Virus record (IMG/VR): IMGVR_UViG_3300037234_000959
Reading direction: 5' to 3' (one strand)
From: an uncultured virus (IMG/VR IMGVR_UViG_3300037234_000959)
Lineage: Duplodnaviria > Heunggongvirae > Uroviricota > Caudoviricetes
DNA: 64,000 bases
Shown here: in pieces, positions 1 to 9,855 of the stretch
How positions within the stretch are numbered: the first letter of the stretch is position 1
Layout: the number at the start of each line of letters is the position of its first letter
Translations under genes and position numbers: made by a program
The notes under the pieces: generated by a model
Seen by the model: only the letters and a program-made list of their open reading frames with translations
Told to the model about the DNA's origin: nothing
Database searches by the model: none

Positions 1-1
1 A

Positions 2-247
2 ATTCTCTCAGACAATCTCTTCATTGAGACAGATTGCAATAGTGGTGATAAGCGGCGAATACGCAAGAGCTACTGCAAGTGCGGAAAGCCTGTACTGATT
101 GAATACAACACCACGGGTTTTCGCAAAGACGGAAAGCGCATTTTTTATCCTGAGCGTGACCAAGAGGGTTATCACGTTTTTAGATGTAAGACGTGCCGAC
201 AGCCAGTAAACGAGAGCGTGCCAGGTGCCGAATTTGAAAGGAATTGA
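2..247 (+). CDS. Partial Zn-ribbon protein (5' end outside window)
   Basis: Open frame from base 2 to TGA at 245-247, with CKC and CKTC motifs. Confidence 0.55.
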   Translation: MLSDNLFIETDCNSGDKRRIRKSYCKCGKPVLIEYNTTGFRKDGKRIFYPERDQEGYHVFRCKTCRQPVNESVPGAEFERN

Positions 248-346
248 AGCCCTTTTGAAATGATGCCATCGGCAACGCATGGGAGACGTTTTCTTCCTGA
301 GATAATATTTGCGTAGACAAGCATACAGAAGATGCTCTAAAGATGT

Positions 347-730
347 TTGGTTTATAAAGGGAGACGGTATATGAAGAAAAGAGAGGTAATGATGATGGGT
401 TTATTAAGCGGACACCTTTTTTTTGGACACTACCTCAATTCAAGTTATCTTGACTTGGAGGATAGGCCCGTAAAGTACCGGGCAGGGATACACTTGAATT
501 TCAACCTCGGCGAGGACACAACCCTCTACTTGGAGGATGAGACGCTCATAGTGGACAATTCGGACACGGGCTTTAATCCCGGACAGATCAATTACAAAAT
601 TGGAATTATTCGCAAGATGGGCAGTGTCGATATCATATTTAAGCATGAATGTTTGCATCCCATAGACGGAAGAAGCGGAGGGGCTGATGCCCAAAGTTAC
701 AATCTTGTGGAGATGAGGTTAGGATTTTAA
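347..730 (+). CDS. Hypothetical protein, possibly a small outer-membrane beta-barrel
   Basis: Alternating beta-strand pattern, C-terminal ...LVEMRLGF; likely start ATG at 371 after GGGAG. Confidence 0.45.
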   Translation: MVYKGRRYMKKREVMMMGLLSGHLFFGHYLNSSYLDLEDRPVKYRAGIHLNFNLGEDTTLYLEDETLIVDNSDTGFNPGQINYKIGIIRKMGSVDIIFKHECLHPIDGRSGGADAQSYNLVEMRLGF

Positions 731-760
731 TTATAGAGCTACATAGGGAGATGGGGCTTC

Positions 761-961
761 ATGGAACCACTAAAACTATGCGTATATTGCAATAAAAAGC
801 TTACCGGGAGAAAGCAAAAATACTGCAATGAATTATGTCAATTCCGGTTACTTAGTATCCAAAATGATAAACCGGGTAAGTTTAGTGTTTCTCAACATCT
901 CAGGATGTCTCGAGCTGGTAAAAAGCAGGCAGCCGGGAAGATAGGGGTCAGATATAATTAA
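761..961 (+). CDS. Small Zn-finger protein
   Basis: CVYC...YCNELC motif. Confidence 0.6.
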   Translation: MEPLKLCVYCNKKLTGRKQKYCNELCQFRLLSIQNDKPGKFSVSQHLRMSRAGKKQAAGKIGVRYN

Positions 962-984
962 AAACATAACTAATCGAGGGCAAT

Positions 985-1881
985 ATGGAATTAGATGAGA
1001 TTGAACACAAAATAGCCTGCAACGAAATGACAGCTTCTCGGGTATTTACGCAAATGCAGCAACATATTAATGCCGCCACTAAAACGGGATATCAAGGTTC
1101 CGTGAATAATGTCCCGCTAATGAGTGTAAATATGAAACAAGAAGATTTCGACACACTGGTCAACAACCTAAAAACCCAGAGCAACCGGAGTACTCAAGAC
1201 CCGCTCTTTTGTGTGGAGCATAAGCAAAGAATCTGGGGAATAGACCCTGATTATCATGACGGCAATTACGAATGGGTAGATCCTGACGGTACTGATGGGA
1301 CATTCGGAACAAGCGACGACCTAAGGGAGCATCTGATTGAAAACGGATATGACCTCATTGAAGGACTTAAGGAAACGGAGCTCTTCAAAGATTACCCCTT
1401 TCCGGACGACCTGAATGAAGAGACTCTTGACGAATTGTTTAGTAAGTCCGGGATAGTCCTCGACATGGATGATGAAATTAAACTGGGCAACCATAAGTAC
1501 AGAAAGTGCGGCTATGTGGATAACTATGTATTTGTCACGGCTCATTTTACCGAAGCGGCCGCTCTCAAGTACATAGAAGAAAACAGTCACAACCTCACAG
1601 ACCCGCGAACCTTTGTGACAAGCCAGTATCGCTGCGACGAGTGGATCGCCCTAAGGAAGGCCCTTATTGAGGGAAAGTTGGTGTTGACTGAAAGCAAAAA
1701 AGAAAAAATTCGTAAGGACCAGTTGTTAGAGACCAAAGAGTATGGAACAGTAAGGTTTGATGGATTTGATATCTACATGGGGCAAAAAACCCTCAAGCTT
1801 TATTCGGATAAATTCAGACAAACATTTTACCCTCTCCCTGAAATAATAGAATCACAGGGATATGAATTTTTTGACGGATAG
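985..1881 (+). CDS. Phage hypothetical protein (Ead/Ea22-associated type)
   Basis: Long ORF with a QSNRSTQDPLFCV motif recalled from phage accessory proteins. Confidence 0.55.
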   Translation: MELDEIEHKIACNEMTASRVFTQMQQHINAATKTGYQGSVNNVPLMSVNMKQEDFDTLVNNLKTQSNRSTQDPLFCVEHKQRIWGIDPDYHDGNYEWVDPDGTDGTFGTSDDLREHLIENGYDLIEGLKETELFKDYPFPDDLNEETLDELFSKSGIVLDMDDEIKLGNHKYRKCGYVDNYVFVTAHFTEAAALKYIEENSHNLTDPRTFVTSQYRCDEWIALRKALIEGKLVLTESKKEKIRKDQLLETKEYGTVRFDGFDIYMGQKTLKLYSDKFRQTFYPLPEIIESQGYEFFDG

Positions 1882-1897
1882 GAGCCAAAGGATTGCT

Positions 1898-2221
1898 ATG
1901 AATATCAAAACGACAGATGAAGCTAGAAAGAGAATCGCCGAGGCTGGAATTACGAAAGACAATGTGACGGATGAGCAACTACAGATACTTAGGAATTGTA
2001 TTTGCGCAAGAATGATAGACAGTGGTAACTACAACGGCACTTATCGGATGGATGAAAAAGTATCGTTGTTCATGACATGCAGCACCGAGCAATGGGAAGG
2101 GCGAGAGGCTGTTTCTTTTAACAGGGATGACTTCATAGGCTTCGCTGGATGGTCTGATAATAATAACATCCAACCCATATTGCAAGGCGTAGGGGATTGG
2201 CTGACAGCACTTAGTGTCTAA
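1898..2221 (+). CDS. Phage hypothetical protein
   Basis: ORF with REAVSFNRDDFIGFAGW; stop codon overlaps an attC box. Confidence 0.65.
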   Translation: MNIKTTDEARKRIAEAGITKDNVTDEQLQILRNCICARMIDSGNYNGTYRMDEKVSLFMTCSTEQWEGREAVSFNRDDFIGFAGWSDNNNIQPILQGVGDWLTALSV

Positions 2222-2284
2222 CGGTTTGATAACCTGCTGACATAAACGAAGTGTTGGCGGTCAGAGTGCATTATTGGGTTAGGC
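2216..2284 (-). other. Integron attC site
   Basis: Minus strand GCCTAAC-CCAAT-AATGCACTCTGACCGC...GCAGGTTATC-AAACC-GTTAGAC: R''/L''/L'/R' layout, 69 bp. Confidence 0.75.
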
Positions 2285-2311
2285 GAAACAACCTTAATTT
2301 AGAGGGTAGAC

Positions 2312-2575
2312 ATGAAAAATAATTCAGTTAGCGGCATAAAAACAATTAATTTAAACGAAAAACTTTCCGTTGAAAGACATGGAGAAAAAATATTAGCATA
2401 CACATTTCATTTCCCAGATGAAAGCGCGGATTGCATAATATGGAAACTTAAATATGGAAATGGGAAATTTCAACTTATTGCAATAAACGATGAGTATTCA
2501 AACGAAGAAATAATTATTTCTGGTGAAAGAGTTGGGACTAAATGCAATATTGATATCGAGAAATCAGGAGCCTAA
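2312..2575 (+). CDS. AT-rich cassette-borne hypothetical protein
   Basis: ORF with GAGGG RBS, bounded by complementary GTTAGGC (2278-2284) and GCCTAAC (2570-2576). Confidence 0.7.
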   Translation: MKNNSVSGIKTINLNEKLSVERHGEKILAYTFHFPDESADCIIWKLKYGNGKFQLIAINDEYSNEEIIISGERVGTKCNIDIEKSGA

Positions 2576-2606
2576 CAGGTGCTTACCCGCAAAAATGCGG
2601 GGATAT
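2570..2606 (-). other. attI-like site with internal palindrome
   Basis: GCCTAAC-N5-(CCCGCA AAAA TGCGGG); palindrome centre 17.5 nt from the AAC. Confidence 0.55.
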
Positions 2607-2690
2607 TGGATATTAAAGCGAAAAAGCGGAAAGCATAGATACTTTTTTTGCCCTCACTGTTCTGCATTAAAAACACTAAGGAGGTGACGT

Positions 2691-3062
2691 ATGCAAGAGG
2701 ACCTGTTTAAGGAGCGCGAAAATCAGAATATGTCCGATGAGGTGAGGAAGATTTACGACCTCATCTGTCATCACAGGGAAAAAAAGAATGGCATTAAAGT
2801 AAAAAGGATCACCGCATTAACCGGCATCCCGGACCGGTCAGTGAGAGACACCATAAAGGTCTTGGTGGAAACTTACAACCAGCCTATAGGCTCCGGTTCA
2901 TCCGGCTTCTTCATCGCGCAGTCAAGTGAAGAGATACTGGAGGTATATCACAACCTCCTTTCAAGGGCTTTCTCTATATTGAAGCGTGCAAAGGTCTTCA
3001 AGAATAATGCGCACTTAGATGAGGCATTAGGTCAGTTAAGGATGGAACTCAAACCCTCATGA
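2691..3062 (+). CDS. HTH DNA-binding protein
   Basis: IKVKRITALTGIPDRSVRDTIKVL...PIGSGSSGFFIA winged-HTH pattern; GGAGG RBS. Confidence 0.65.
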   Translation: MQEDLFKERENQNMSDEVRKIYDLICHHREKKNGIKVKRITALTGIPDRSVRDTIKVLVETYNQPIGSGSSGFFIAQSSEEILEVYHNLLSRAFSILKRAKVFKNNAHLDEALGQLRMELKPS

Positions 3063-3082
3063 TTAATAGGAAAGAGAGATCT

Positions 3083-3322
3083 ATGCAAAATTCAATGATT
3101 ATAGATTCAAGCATTTTAAACAAGGAAATAAAAACACACCACATTTGTTCTGGCAGGGATTGCAAAGGAAGTAGTGAAAGTATTCCAACTTTCTACGCTG
3201 CAAAGCATGCTTCAAGTGAAGGGTAGAGAAAGACAAAGCATATTAAATTTTGTAAGCCTGGCAAAACATATGTTTGGGTATGCCCATCCTGCGTAGCTGC
3301 TTTTGATTGGGCAAAAGAATAA
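3083..3322 (+). pseudogene. Zn-finger gene interrupted by in-frame TAG
   Basis: ATG 3083...CSGRDC...EG*RKTK...WVCPSC...TAA 3322; TAG at 3224-3226. Confidence 0.55.
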
Positions 3323-3572
3323 GTCATGAAAAATTTAGGGTGCGGAACTATTCCGATCAAGATACTCCCAGTGCATCACTTTAGTTCGGCATCTTATTAT
3401 AAGTAGAAAGAAAAGGGGCACCCTGCCAAGTCTTGCGAGCACAGCAAGCGGCCCCGATAAATTAAATTGAGTATTTCGCCAAGGGTTTACCGGGGCATAC
3501 TCGAACGGTTTGCCAGAACCGAAATAACCTTCAGTCCACGCTATTAGGCACGGACACGAAAGGAGCATTGTT

Positions 3573-4097
3573 ATGAAGAAAGGAAAAGATAATACAGAAC
3601 GGATCCCTTGCGAGAGTTCGGGAAGCAAGGCGCTACCAGCCCTTTGGGAAGAGGGGGGCGGGAAGAGGAATACTGGAAGAGCTCAGATTATCTGTAACTC
3701 GGAAGGCCTACCAAAGAAGTCTCATTTCATAAAAAAATCAGGTACCAGGGCAAACGGCCAGCACGCTTTTCTTTACATAGAAAAGGGAGACGTTATCATC
3801 CGAGCTGAACGTAGCCAGGGAGATATCCAGATTAAGATCTCAGAGATTACTGGCTTCGATATGGAAGGTGAGCCTTATTTGGCCAATCTAAGGCTACTCT
3901 CTGAGTATTCGCATGGCGAATGGACCAACCTGCACGCTACTTTAAGGCTTGGCAGGGCCATTGGCGCCGCTAAAGATAAAATCTCTTGTTATCATTGTCG
4001 TATGCCGCATTATGTTGATGTCGTCGATATCTCTGCTTTATGCTCTTACAACGTAGCGCATAAAACCAACGAGAAGGAGGCAACCCATGTCGCATAA
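3573..4097 (+). CDS. Hypothetical protein
   Basis: AAGGAG RBS; 174-aa ORF. Confidence 0.6.
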   Translation: MKKGKDNTERIPCESSGSKALPALWEEGGGKRNTGRAQIICNSEGLPKKSHFIKKSGTRANGQHAFLYIEKGDVIIRAERSQGDIQIKISEITGFDMEGEPYLANLRLLSEYSHGEWTNLHATLRLGRAIGAAKDKISCYHCRMPHYVDVVDISALCSYNVAHKTNEKEATHVA

Positions 4098-5283
4098 CAA
4101 TGACAATGAAACCGGGGCGCATACGCCTGGTGTAGCAAGAGTTGTCGCAAATGGCGACCTCGAAGAAATACGCACCATACTGGGAGACCGCGAGAGGATC
4201 CGCTATGAGGGTGTCATAAGGCCGGGAATAAAAATACCTCTGGCTCGCTGCACTCCAAAAGAAAAAGAGATCTACAAGGAACTTTATGCCGACAACATCC
4301 CTTTCAACGAGATTGATAAAAAGATGGGAGGCACCGGTAGTTCGAAGCTGAGGCCTTCCAACTGCGACTATTTTACTGTTCGTGAGAATGATTTCAAAAA
4401 TCCGGCAAACGCCCGCCTCATCATGGAAAAGTATGCAGACGAAGATGGTCACGTAAGGCGCTTGCCTATCTGGTTTCCGCTCGGCGAAATACATATGGTT
4501 ATTCCTCATAATTTCAGGGCATTCAGTACCGGTGGCATACGGGCATATTCCTTTTACGAGGGAAATGAGTTGATGTGCAAGCACGTCCCTAAAGACATTA
4601 AAACCCCCAAGAAAGATGACTGGAAGATCAGGCCTTGTGAGGAAACCGCATGCAAGGCATACACAACCAAGGCTTGCCGATTTGGGGGAATATTTAAGGT
4701 CAATGTTCCCGGAGTTAGCGGCATGGGACAAGTGATAATACCAACAAACTCATGGTATGGCCTTGGCGATGCGATAGCCAACCTCAATATGGTTCGTGAA
4801 GTTTATGGACGATTTAACGGGCTTTTCAATGGTAAGCCCTTCCTTGAACTCTGCAAGGTTCAGGAAGAGGTTAAGATCCCCGGGGGAGGAAAACAGAAAC
4901 AATGGCTCCCAACAATTGTTCCTACTGTGGATATGATGGAGCTTGCCCAACATTGCGACCCTGTAAGTATAAGGAACCGGTCTGCTGAGGCCCACTCCCT
5001 CTTGGGAAAACGCAAGGAACCTGAAGCGGCGAAGGGATGTGAAGACACCGCAGAGGCTGTCAAGGCACTTGAGGGCCTTGCTGCCAGGGCGGATGTATCA
5101 ATGGATAAAATCAAGTCATACATCGAGAGAGACTTCACTAGCGAAAGCGGCGTCGCCTTCGAAGACATGTCCGTTGACGAACTGAGGGACGTTTATAGTG
5201 AAATGCACAAAAGGCTTAAGGCCAACAAGGGCGAGTTTATCCAGTACGTCTGCGATGTTCACCAGGAAGAGGGGAGGGCATGA
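4087..5283 (+). CDS. Gp3-like / recombination directionality factor-like protein
   Basis: G.IRPGIK, DYFTV...DF, Cys cluster and TNSWYG motifs; next to sbcCD. Confidence 0.55.
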   Translation: MSHNNDNETGAHTPGVARVVANGDLEEIRTILGDRERIRYEGVIRPGIKIPLARCTPKEKEIYKELYADNIPFNEIDKKMGGTGSSKLRPSNCDYFTVRENDFKNPANARLIMEKYADEDGHVRRLPIWFPLGEIHMVIPHNFRAFSTGGIRAYSFYEGNELMCKHVPKDIKTPKKDDWKIRPCEETACKAYTTKACRFGGIFKVNVPGVSGMGQVIIPTNSWYGLGDAIANLNMVREVYGRFNGLFNGKPFLELCKVQEEVKIPGGGKQKQWLPTIVPTVDMMELAQHCDPVSIRNRSAEAHSLLGKRKEPEAAKGCEDTAEAVKALEGLAARADVSMDKIKSYIERDFTSESGVAFEDMSVDELRDVYSEMHKRLKANKGEFIQYVCDVHQEEGRA

Positions 5284-5480
5284 AAGCATATCTGACCGAA
5301 CTCGAAGCATTTCTCCTTAAAAATGGATGTGACATAGGGGCCTGCGGATTTTGCCCCAAACTCATAGGCAAGGCCTGCAGACACCGTGACCATCCCGGCA
5401 ACACGGCAAAGCAGATGGAGTCTGATATACGCACCGGGCGCAAGAGACATATCGCTGGCCTTTCTATAACTTTTCATTAA
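5280..5480 (+). CDS. Small Cys-rich hypothetical protein
   Basis: ATGA overlap with the upstream gene; CGFC motif. Confidence 0.5.
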   Translation: MKAYLTELEAFLLKNGCDIGACGFCPKLIGKACRHRDHPGNTAKQMESDIRTGRKRHIAGLSITFH

Positions 5481-5510
5481 GGTCATTAAAAATAAGACTT
5501 GGAGGAAAAA

Positions 5511-6848
5511 ATGATTAATCGAATTTTACACACGGCTGACCTGCACTTCTCACCTAAAGCAGACAAGCTCGAAGAAACGATCCGCTGTTCCAACTATATG
5601 CTAGATGTGGCCAAAGAAGAAAAACCGGACGTGGTCATCCTAGCTGGAGACACAATTGATTGTTACGATGGCACTATCAAGCTCGATTCACCAACTGCCA
5701 GGGCGGCGATCAATTTTGTTCAGCGTTGCGCAAGCATCGCGCCCGTTATGATCATCAAGGGAACCAACAGCCACGACCGGAAGGCGCCATACATCTTTCA
5801 GCACCTGCAGGCGAAATATCCGATCTATGTGGGCATGGAGCTTGAGCAGGTTGCGCTGGTTAAAGTTATGGGAGAAAACGGGTGGTCTGGTGGTGGACAT
5901 AAAATGCGTTTTGCACCGCTATCTGAAGCTATGGCAGACGACCACGAAAAAGAAATGATAGCCGCCTTCACCCTCCTTCCAAGCGTTGACAAGAGCTACC
6001 TATACGCAAAAGTGGAGGGCGGCATCCAGGAAGGAAACGCCCAGATTAGGGAACTTCTTCATGACGTGCTGGCCGGGTTCGGCCTGGTTAACGACACGAT
6101 ATCCGCCCCCTGCATTCTTGTTGGCCACGGCATGATAACGGGATCTGAGTTCAGCAGCGGACAAACCGCCATAGGTGAAGACCTCGAATTTGGCGTAGGG
6201 GATCTGCATGCGGCCAAGTGCGACTACTACGCCATGGGACATGTGCATAAATACCAGTCATTTCCCGGCCACGTCTATTACTCCGGTTCTCCCGGTCGCC
6301 TTAATTTTGGTGAGCAGGAAGAGAAAGGATTCCTCATGCCTGAGTTTGAAGGACGGGATGTCAAAGAAGTAAAATTCCATCCCACCCCTGCCCGTCGCTT
6401 TGTCTTCGGAGAAGCCGACTGGCGGGAGGGGGGGAAGGAGGCCGTTCTTTCCAGTATGTCCAAATGTCTTGAAGACTGCAAAGGTGCGGACGTGCGCTTC
6501 AGGTATTCCATCACCGAAGAGGAGCAGACCGCTATCAGGAAGGATGATATTGAAAAGCAGTTTGTTGATGCCGGCGCAAAGAGGGTTAAGATCGAATGCC
6601 AGATACTGCCCAAGGAGCGAGCACGGGCTGAAGGTATAAGCAAGCTTGAGGGCCTTCCGGCTAAGGTTCTTAAATGGGGCGAGACGGTCGGTGAAACCAT
6701 CCCGCAGTCAGTCCTGGATATTGCGGAGGTTATTGAGGGTTTGGACAGTGAAGAACTTATCTCCATGGCCCTAGAGAAAATCGACAGTACTCCACCTGTA
6801 GAGGTTGAGAGTCCTCCGGTCGAGGAAGGTCAAGCATCTCTGCTCTAA
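5511..6848 (+). CDS. sbcD: SbcD/Mre11-family metallophosphoesterase nuclease
   Basis: HTADLH, AGD, GTNSHD, GHG, GHVH and YSGS motifs; GGAGG RBS before ATG 5511. Confidence 0.9.
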   Translation: MINRILHTADLHFSPKADKLEETIRCSNYMLDVAKEEKPDVVILAGDTIDCYDGTIKLDSPTARAAINFVQRCASIAPVMIIKGTNSHDRKAPYIFQHLQAKYPIYVGMELEQVALVKVMGENGWSGGGHKMRFAPLSEAMADDHEKEMIAAFTLLPSVDKSYLYAKVEGGIQEGNAQIRELLHDVLAGFGLVNDTISAPCILVGHGMITGSEFSSGQTAIGEDLEFGVGDLHAAKCDYYAMGHVHKYQSFPGHVYYSGSPGRLNFGEQEEKGFLMPEFEGRDVKEVKFHPTPARRFVFGEADWREGGKEAVLSSMSKCLEDCKGADVRFRYSITEEEQTAIRKDDIEKQFVDAGAKRVKIECQILPKERARAEGISKLEGLPAKVLKWGETVGETIPQSVLDIAEVIEGLDSEELISMALEKIDSTPPVEVESPPVEEGQASLL

Positions 6849-6850
6849 GT

Positions 6851-6971
6851 GTATAACATAAAGATAATCAGCGGCCTGAGCCGCATAATTTAAGGGAGGG
6901 ATTGAAGAATGAAAGCATTGAAAACCGGATTAAAAACCGTGTTGGCCGTCTTTTTCATCGTGGGGTTAGTT
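6851..6971 (-). other. Integron attC site
   Basis: Minus strand AACTAAC-CCCAC-GAT[G]AAAAAGACGGCC...GGCCGCTGATTATC-TTTAT-GTTATAC, 121 bp. Confidence 0.7.
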
Positions 6972-7130
6972 GGATGCGCTGATAAAGAGCAAGGAAAGAC
7001 ACTTGAATTGGCTGAAAATTTTGCGAGAAATTCAGCCATCTATGGCTATGGTGCGGCAAGCAGAGGAGATAGTTTTGAAGAAATGTTGATTAAATATGAT
7101 GCTGCGATAAAAATAACAGAAGCCAATTAA
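6909..7130 (+). CDS. Small lipoprotein (cassette-borne)
   Basis: Signal peptide with lipobox LVGC; starts inside the attC loop. Confidence 0.7.
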   Translation: MKALKTGLKTVLAVFFIVGLVGCADKEQGKTLELAENFARNSAIYGYGAASRGDSFEEMLIKYDAAIKITEAN

Positions 7131-7170
7131 TAAGGATTATATAGACATATGTCTACATAACACTCAAAAG
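7123..7170 (-). other. attI-like palindromic site, copy 1 of a ~34-bp repeat
   Basis: TTATATAGACATATGTCTACATAACACTCAA (7137-7167), nearly identical to 11456-11486. Confidence 0.6.
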
Positions 7171-7250
7171 GCTGTCAAGGCTAAAGAGCCTTATGCTGAG
7201 TGCATCACTTAACGACGATATCTTAATATATAGAAAATCAAGGAGCAATC

Positions 7251-9854
7251 ATGAAACTCGAATCATTACTGTTAAAAGCATCCAAGGGCATACGCGCAGG
7301 CATGGGCCTGGAAGAAGTATTTATAGACCTGACAAAAATCCCGGCAGGGCTTATCGCCGTTGTGGGGGAAAACGGAAAAGGAAAAACGACCATTCTGGAC
7401 AACCTCCATCCTTTCAGGATGATGCCCTATAAGATGAGAAAGTGCAAGAACTGGTCTCCAGCGGCATTCACCTACTACGATCAATTCTACGGCAGCGATG
7501 GCGTAAATGAACTTATCTTCGAGATGGGGGGAGAGAGGTACCGAAAGTATATTCTTATCGATGCTGACCGGAAAAAACAGGAGGCCTATTTTTACAAAGA
7601 GGTTGACGGAGAGTGGAAGCCTTTTGAAGAAAATGGCATAGCGAAAAGCGACGGCAAAACTGCCACCTACGATGCGGCCGTTGAAGCGGTCTGCGGATCC
7701 CCTTCCCTCTTCTTCACCTCAGTCTTTCGCTCCCAGGGGGCAAAGAACCTCTCCGACTACACCCGAGGGGATATCATGGAGATTATCGCTGAGCTCCTTA
7801 ACATTAATCACATCAAAGAACAGGGCGCCAAGGCCGGCGAGGTTGAAAAACACCTCAAGGCCCTCATCGCCCTTGATAACAGCAAGCTCGATATGCTGAA
7901 AGAGTCCATTGATAACCATGATGAGCTGACAGCAACCCTGAACAACAAAAAACAGATCATTGTCAATTACGAGTTCATCATTTCTAATACCACCAAGGAG
8001 ATTGAAGAGAAAAAGGTGGAACTTTCCGGTATTGAGAAAAAAGAGGCGGCGAGAGAATCCGAAAAGGCAAGGCTTAAAGACCTTACAGATGTTCAGGCGC
8101 AGGATGGTTCTGGTCTCGTTGTGTTGGCCCTGGAGAAAAAGGAGCACGAAACCGCCTTTGAGTCCGCCACAGCAAATACAACTGAAAAGCTTACTCGTGC
8201 AGAAGGAGTCCTTGTCACACTGGATGAAGAAAAGAAAGAGCATGAAACCGCCCTTGAGACCGCTACGGCAGATATCAATAAAAAGCTGGCTACGGTCGAA
8301 AAGATTGTTAGCGGCGAAAAAGGAATCAGGGAGAAGGTAGTAGAAGAGAAGACGAAAAAAGATGAAATGGCAAAGAAGAAGACATATCTCCTCGAAGAGG
8401 AAACCGAAAAAGAAACTCTTGAGGATAGGAAAGAACGACTTGCCGAAAAAGAAAAAAGGTTCTCTGATATTAAGATCCAATTAAATGAAGCTAAGTCTCT
8501 TCATGAAAGAGAAATTCAAAGCGCCAAAACCACCCTTGAGCAGGCAGAGCGAGAAGCTGCCAAGCTTGACGGTGTTGATTGCAAGGGAGACGGTGCCGCA
8601 TGGATTAACGAAGGCTGCCTGTTTATCAAGGATGCCGCAGAGGCAAGGACCAGCCTAGAAAAGCTCCGCGCAGACCTGGAAGAAAAATCCAAGCTATCAG
8701 CTGAAATTCTTGAACTCGAAAAAGATCTTAGAGGTCTTCCTGCCATAGAGGCAGAGCTTAAGGATATTGCAGAGTTGCAAACCAGGAACAATAAGTTGAT
8801 AGGCGACTATCGCACCGCCATATCAGTACTAGAAGCAGAGCTCGTCGAAATAGCCAGGTGGACAAAACTTGTACCTCAGATCGACAGGGCCGCAGAGGAT
8901 ATCGAAAGGCTGACGACTGATCTAAAGGTATGTGGAGAGGAAAAGACAAAGGCCATTGATAGGGTCATCATTCAAATCGGCAAAGCAAGGGAAGATATTG
9001 AAGGCCTGGAGGCCGATATTGCCACCAAAGACAAAGAGAGGGTAAAGGCACTGGAGAAGATCGATGGCAAAAAAACCGATATAGAAAAACGTATAAGCGA
9101 AAGAGCTGTTGATATAACAAGACTCACCGCCGCCCTTGGCCAGGATATGGAAACGCTTACCCGAGACATCACAAATGCCATAGGAGAGAAGGCGACCGAG
9201 CTTCGCAGCATAGAGAATAATAAAGAGTTTGTCCAAGGGGAGATAGGGAAGTTAAATGGCAAGCTTGAAGAGATCGTGAAAAAGCAGGGCGAGATCAAGG
9301 TGATTGATAAACGTGTGTCCAGCATTAACAAGGAGATAGCAAAGTGGTCTCTCCTTGCGAAGGCATGCTCCAATGACGGAATTATTCCATTAGAGATTGA
9401 CGATGCGGCCCCAAGTATCTCCGGAATAACCAACGACCTCCTTACTGAGTGTTATGGTTCTCGCTATAGCATTAAGATGGTTACACAGAGCGCAAACGCT
9501 AAAGGAGGGATGAAGGAGAATTTCGATATTCTCGTTTTCGACTCAGAAACTGGTGAATCAGTATCCATTACTGAGAAGTCGGGCGGACAAACAACATGGA
9601 TTGAAGATGCCCTCACTCGGTCTATATGTCTTTACAATATCCATAATTCAGCAAAGGCATATGGCACTATGTTCTGTGATGAAAAGGACGGGATGCTTGA
9701 CCGTGATAAAAAGATGGAGTTTATCGCAGTAAAACGTAAGGCCCTGGCGTTAGGATCTCATGAAAGGGAAATATTCATCAGCCAAACGAAAGACCTTCAG
9801 GATATGGCAGATGGAAAAATTATGTTGACTGATAAAGGAGTAGTACTTTCATAA
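7251..9854 (+). CDS. sbcC: SbcC/Rad50-family SMC-like ATPase
   Basis: Walker A GENGKGKT, long coiled coil, central Cys pair, SGGQ signature, Walker B CDEKDG. Confidence 0.9.
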   Translation: MKLESLLLKASKGIRAGMGLEEVFIDLTKIPAGLIAVVGENGKGKTTILDNLHPFRMMPYKMRKCKNWSPAAFTYYDQFYGSDGVNELIFEMGGERYRKYILIDADRKKQEAYFYKEVDGEWKPFEENGIAKSDGKTATYDAAVEAVCGSPSLFFTSVFRSQGAKNLSDYTRGDIMEIIAELLNINHIKEQGAKAGEVEKHLKALIALDNSKLDMLKESIDNHDELTATLNNKKQIIVNYEFIISNTTKEIEEKKVELSGIEKKEAARESEKARLKDLTDVQAQDGSGLVVLALEKKEHETAFESATANTTEKLTRAEGVLVTLDEEKKEHETALETATADINKKLATVEKIVSGEKGIREKVVEEKTKKDEMAKKKTYLLEEETEKETLEDRKERLAEKEKRFSDIKIQLNEAKSLHEREIQSAKTTLEQAEREAAKLDGVDCKGDGAAWINEGCLFIKDAAEARTSLEKLRADLEEKSKLSAEILELEKDLRGLPAIEAELKDIAELQTRNNKLIGDYRTAISVLEAELVEIARWTKLVPQIDRAAEDIERLTTDLKVCGEEKTKAIDRVIIQIGKAREDIEGLEADIATKDKERVKALEKIDGKKTDIEKRISERAVDITRLTAALGQDMETLTRDITNAIGEKATELRSIENNKEFVQGEIGKLNGKLEEIVKKQGEIKVIDKRVSSINKEIAKWSLLAKACSNDGIIPLEIDDAAPSISGITNDLLTECYGSRYSIKMVTQSANAKGGMKENFDILVFDSETGESVSITEKSGGQTTWIEDALTRSICLYNIHNSAKAYGTMFCDEKDGMLDRDKKMEFIAVKRKALALGSHEREIFISQTKDLQDMADGKIMLTDKGVVLS

Positions 9855-9855
9855 T

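Noticed and set aside
1061..1093. Degenerate attI-like site inside ORF 985
   Set aside because: Ends in GGGATATC at the right spacing, but symmetry is very weak and no attC is linked.
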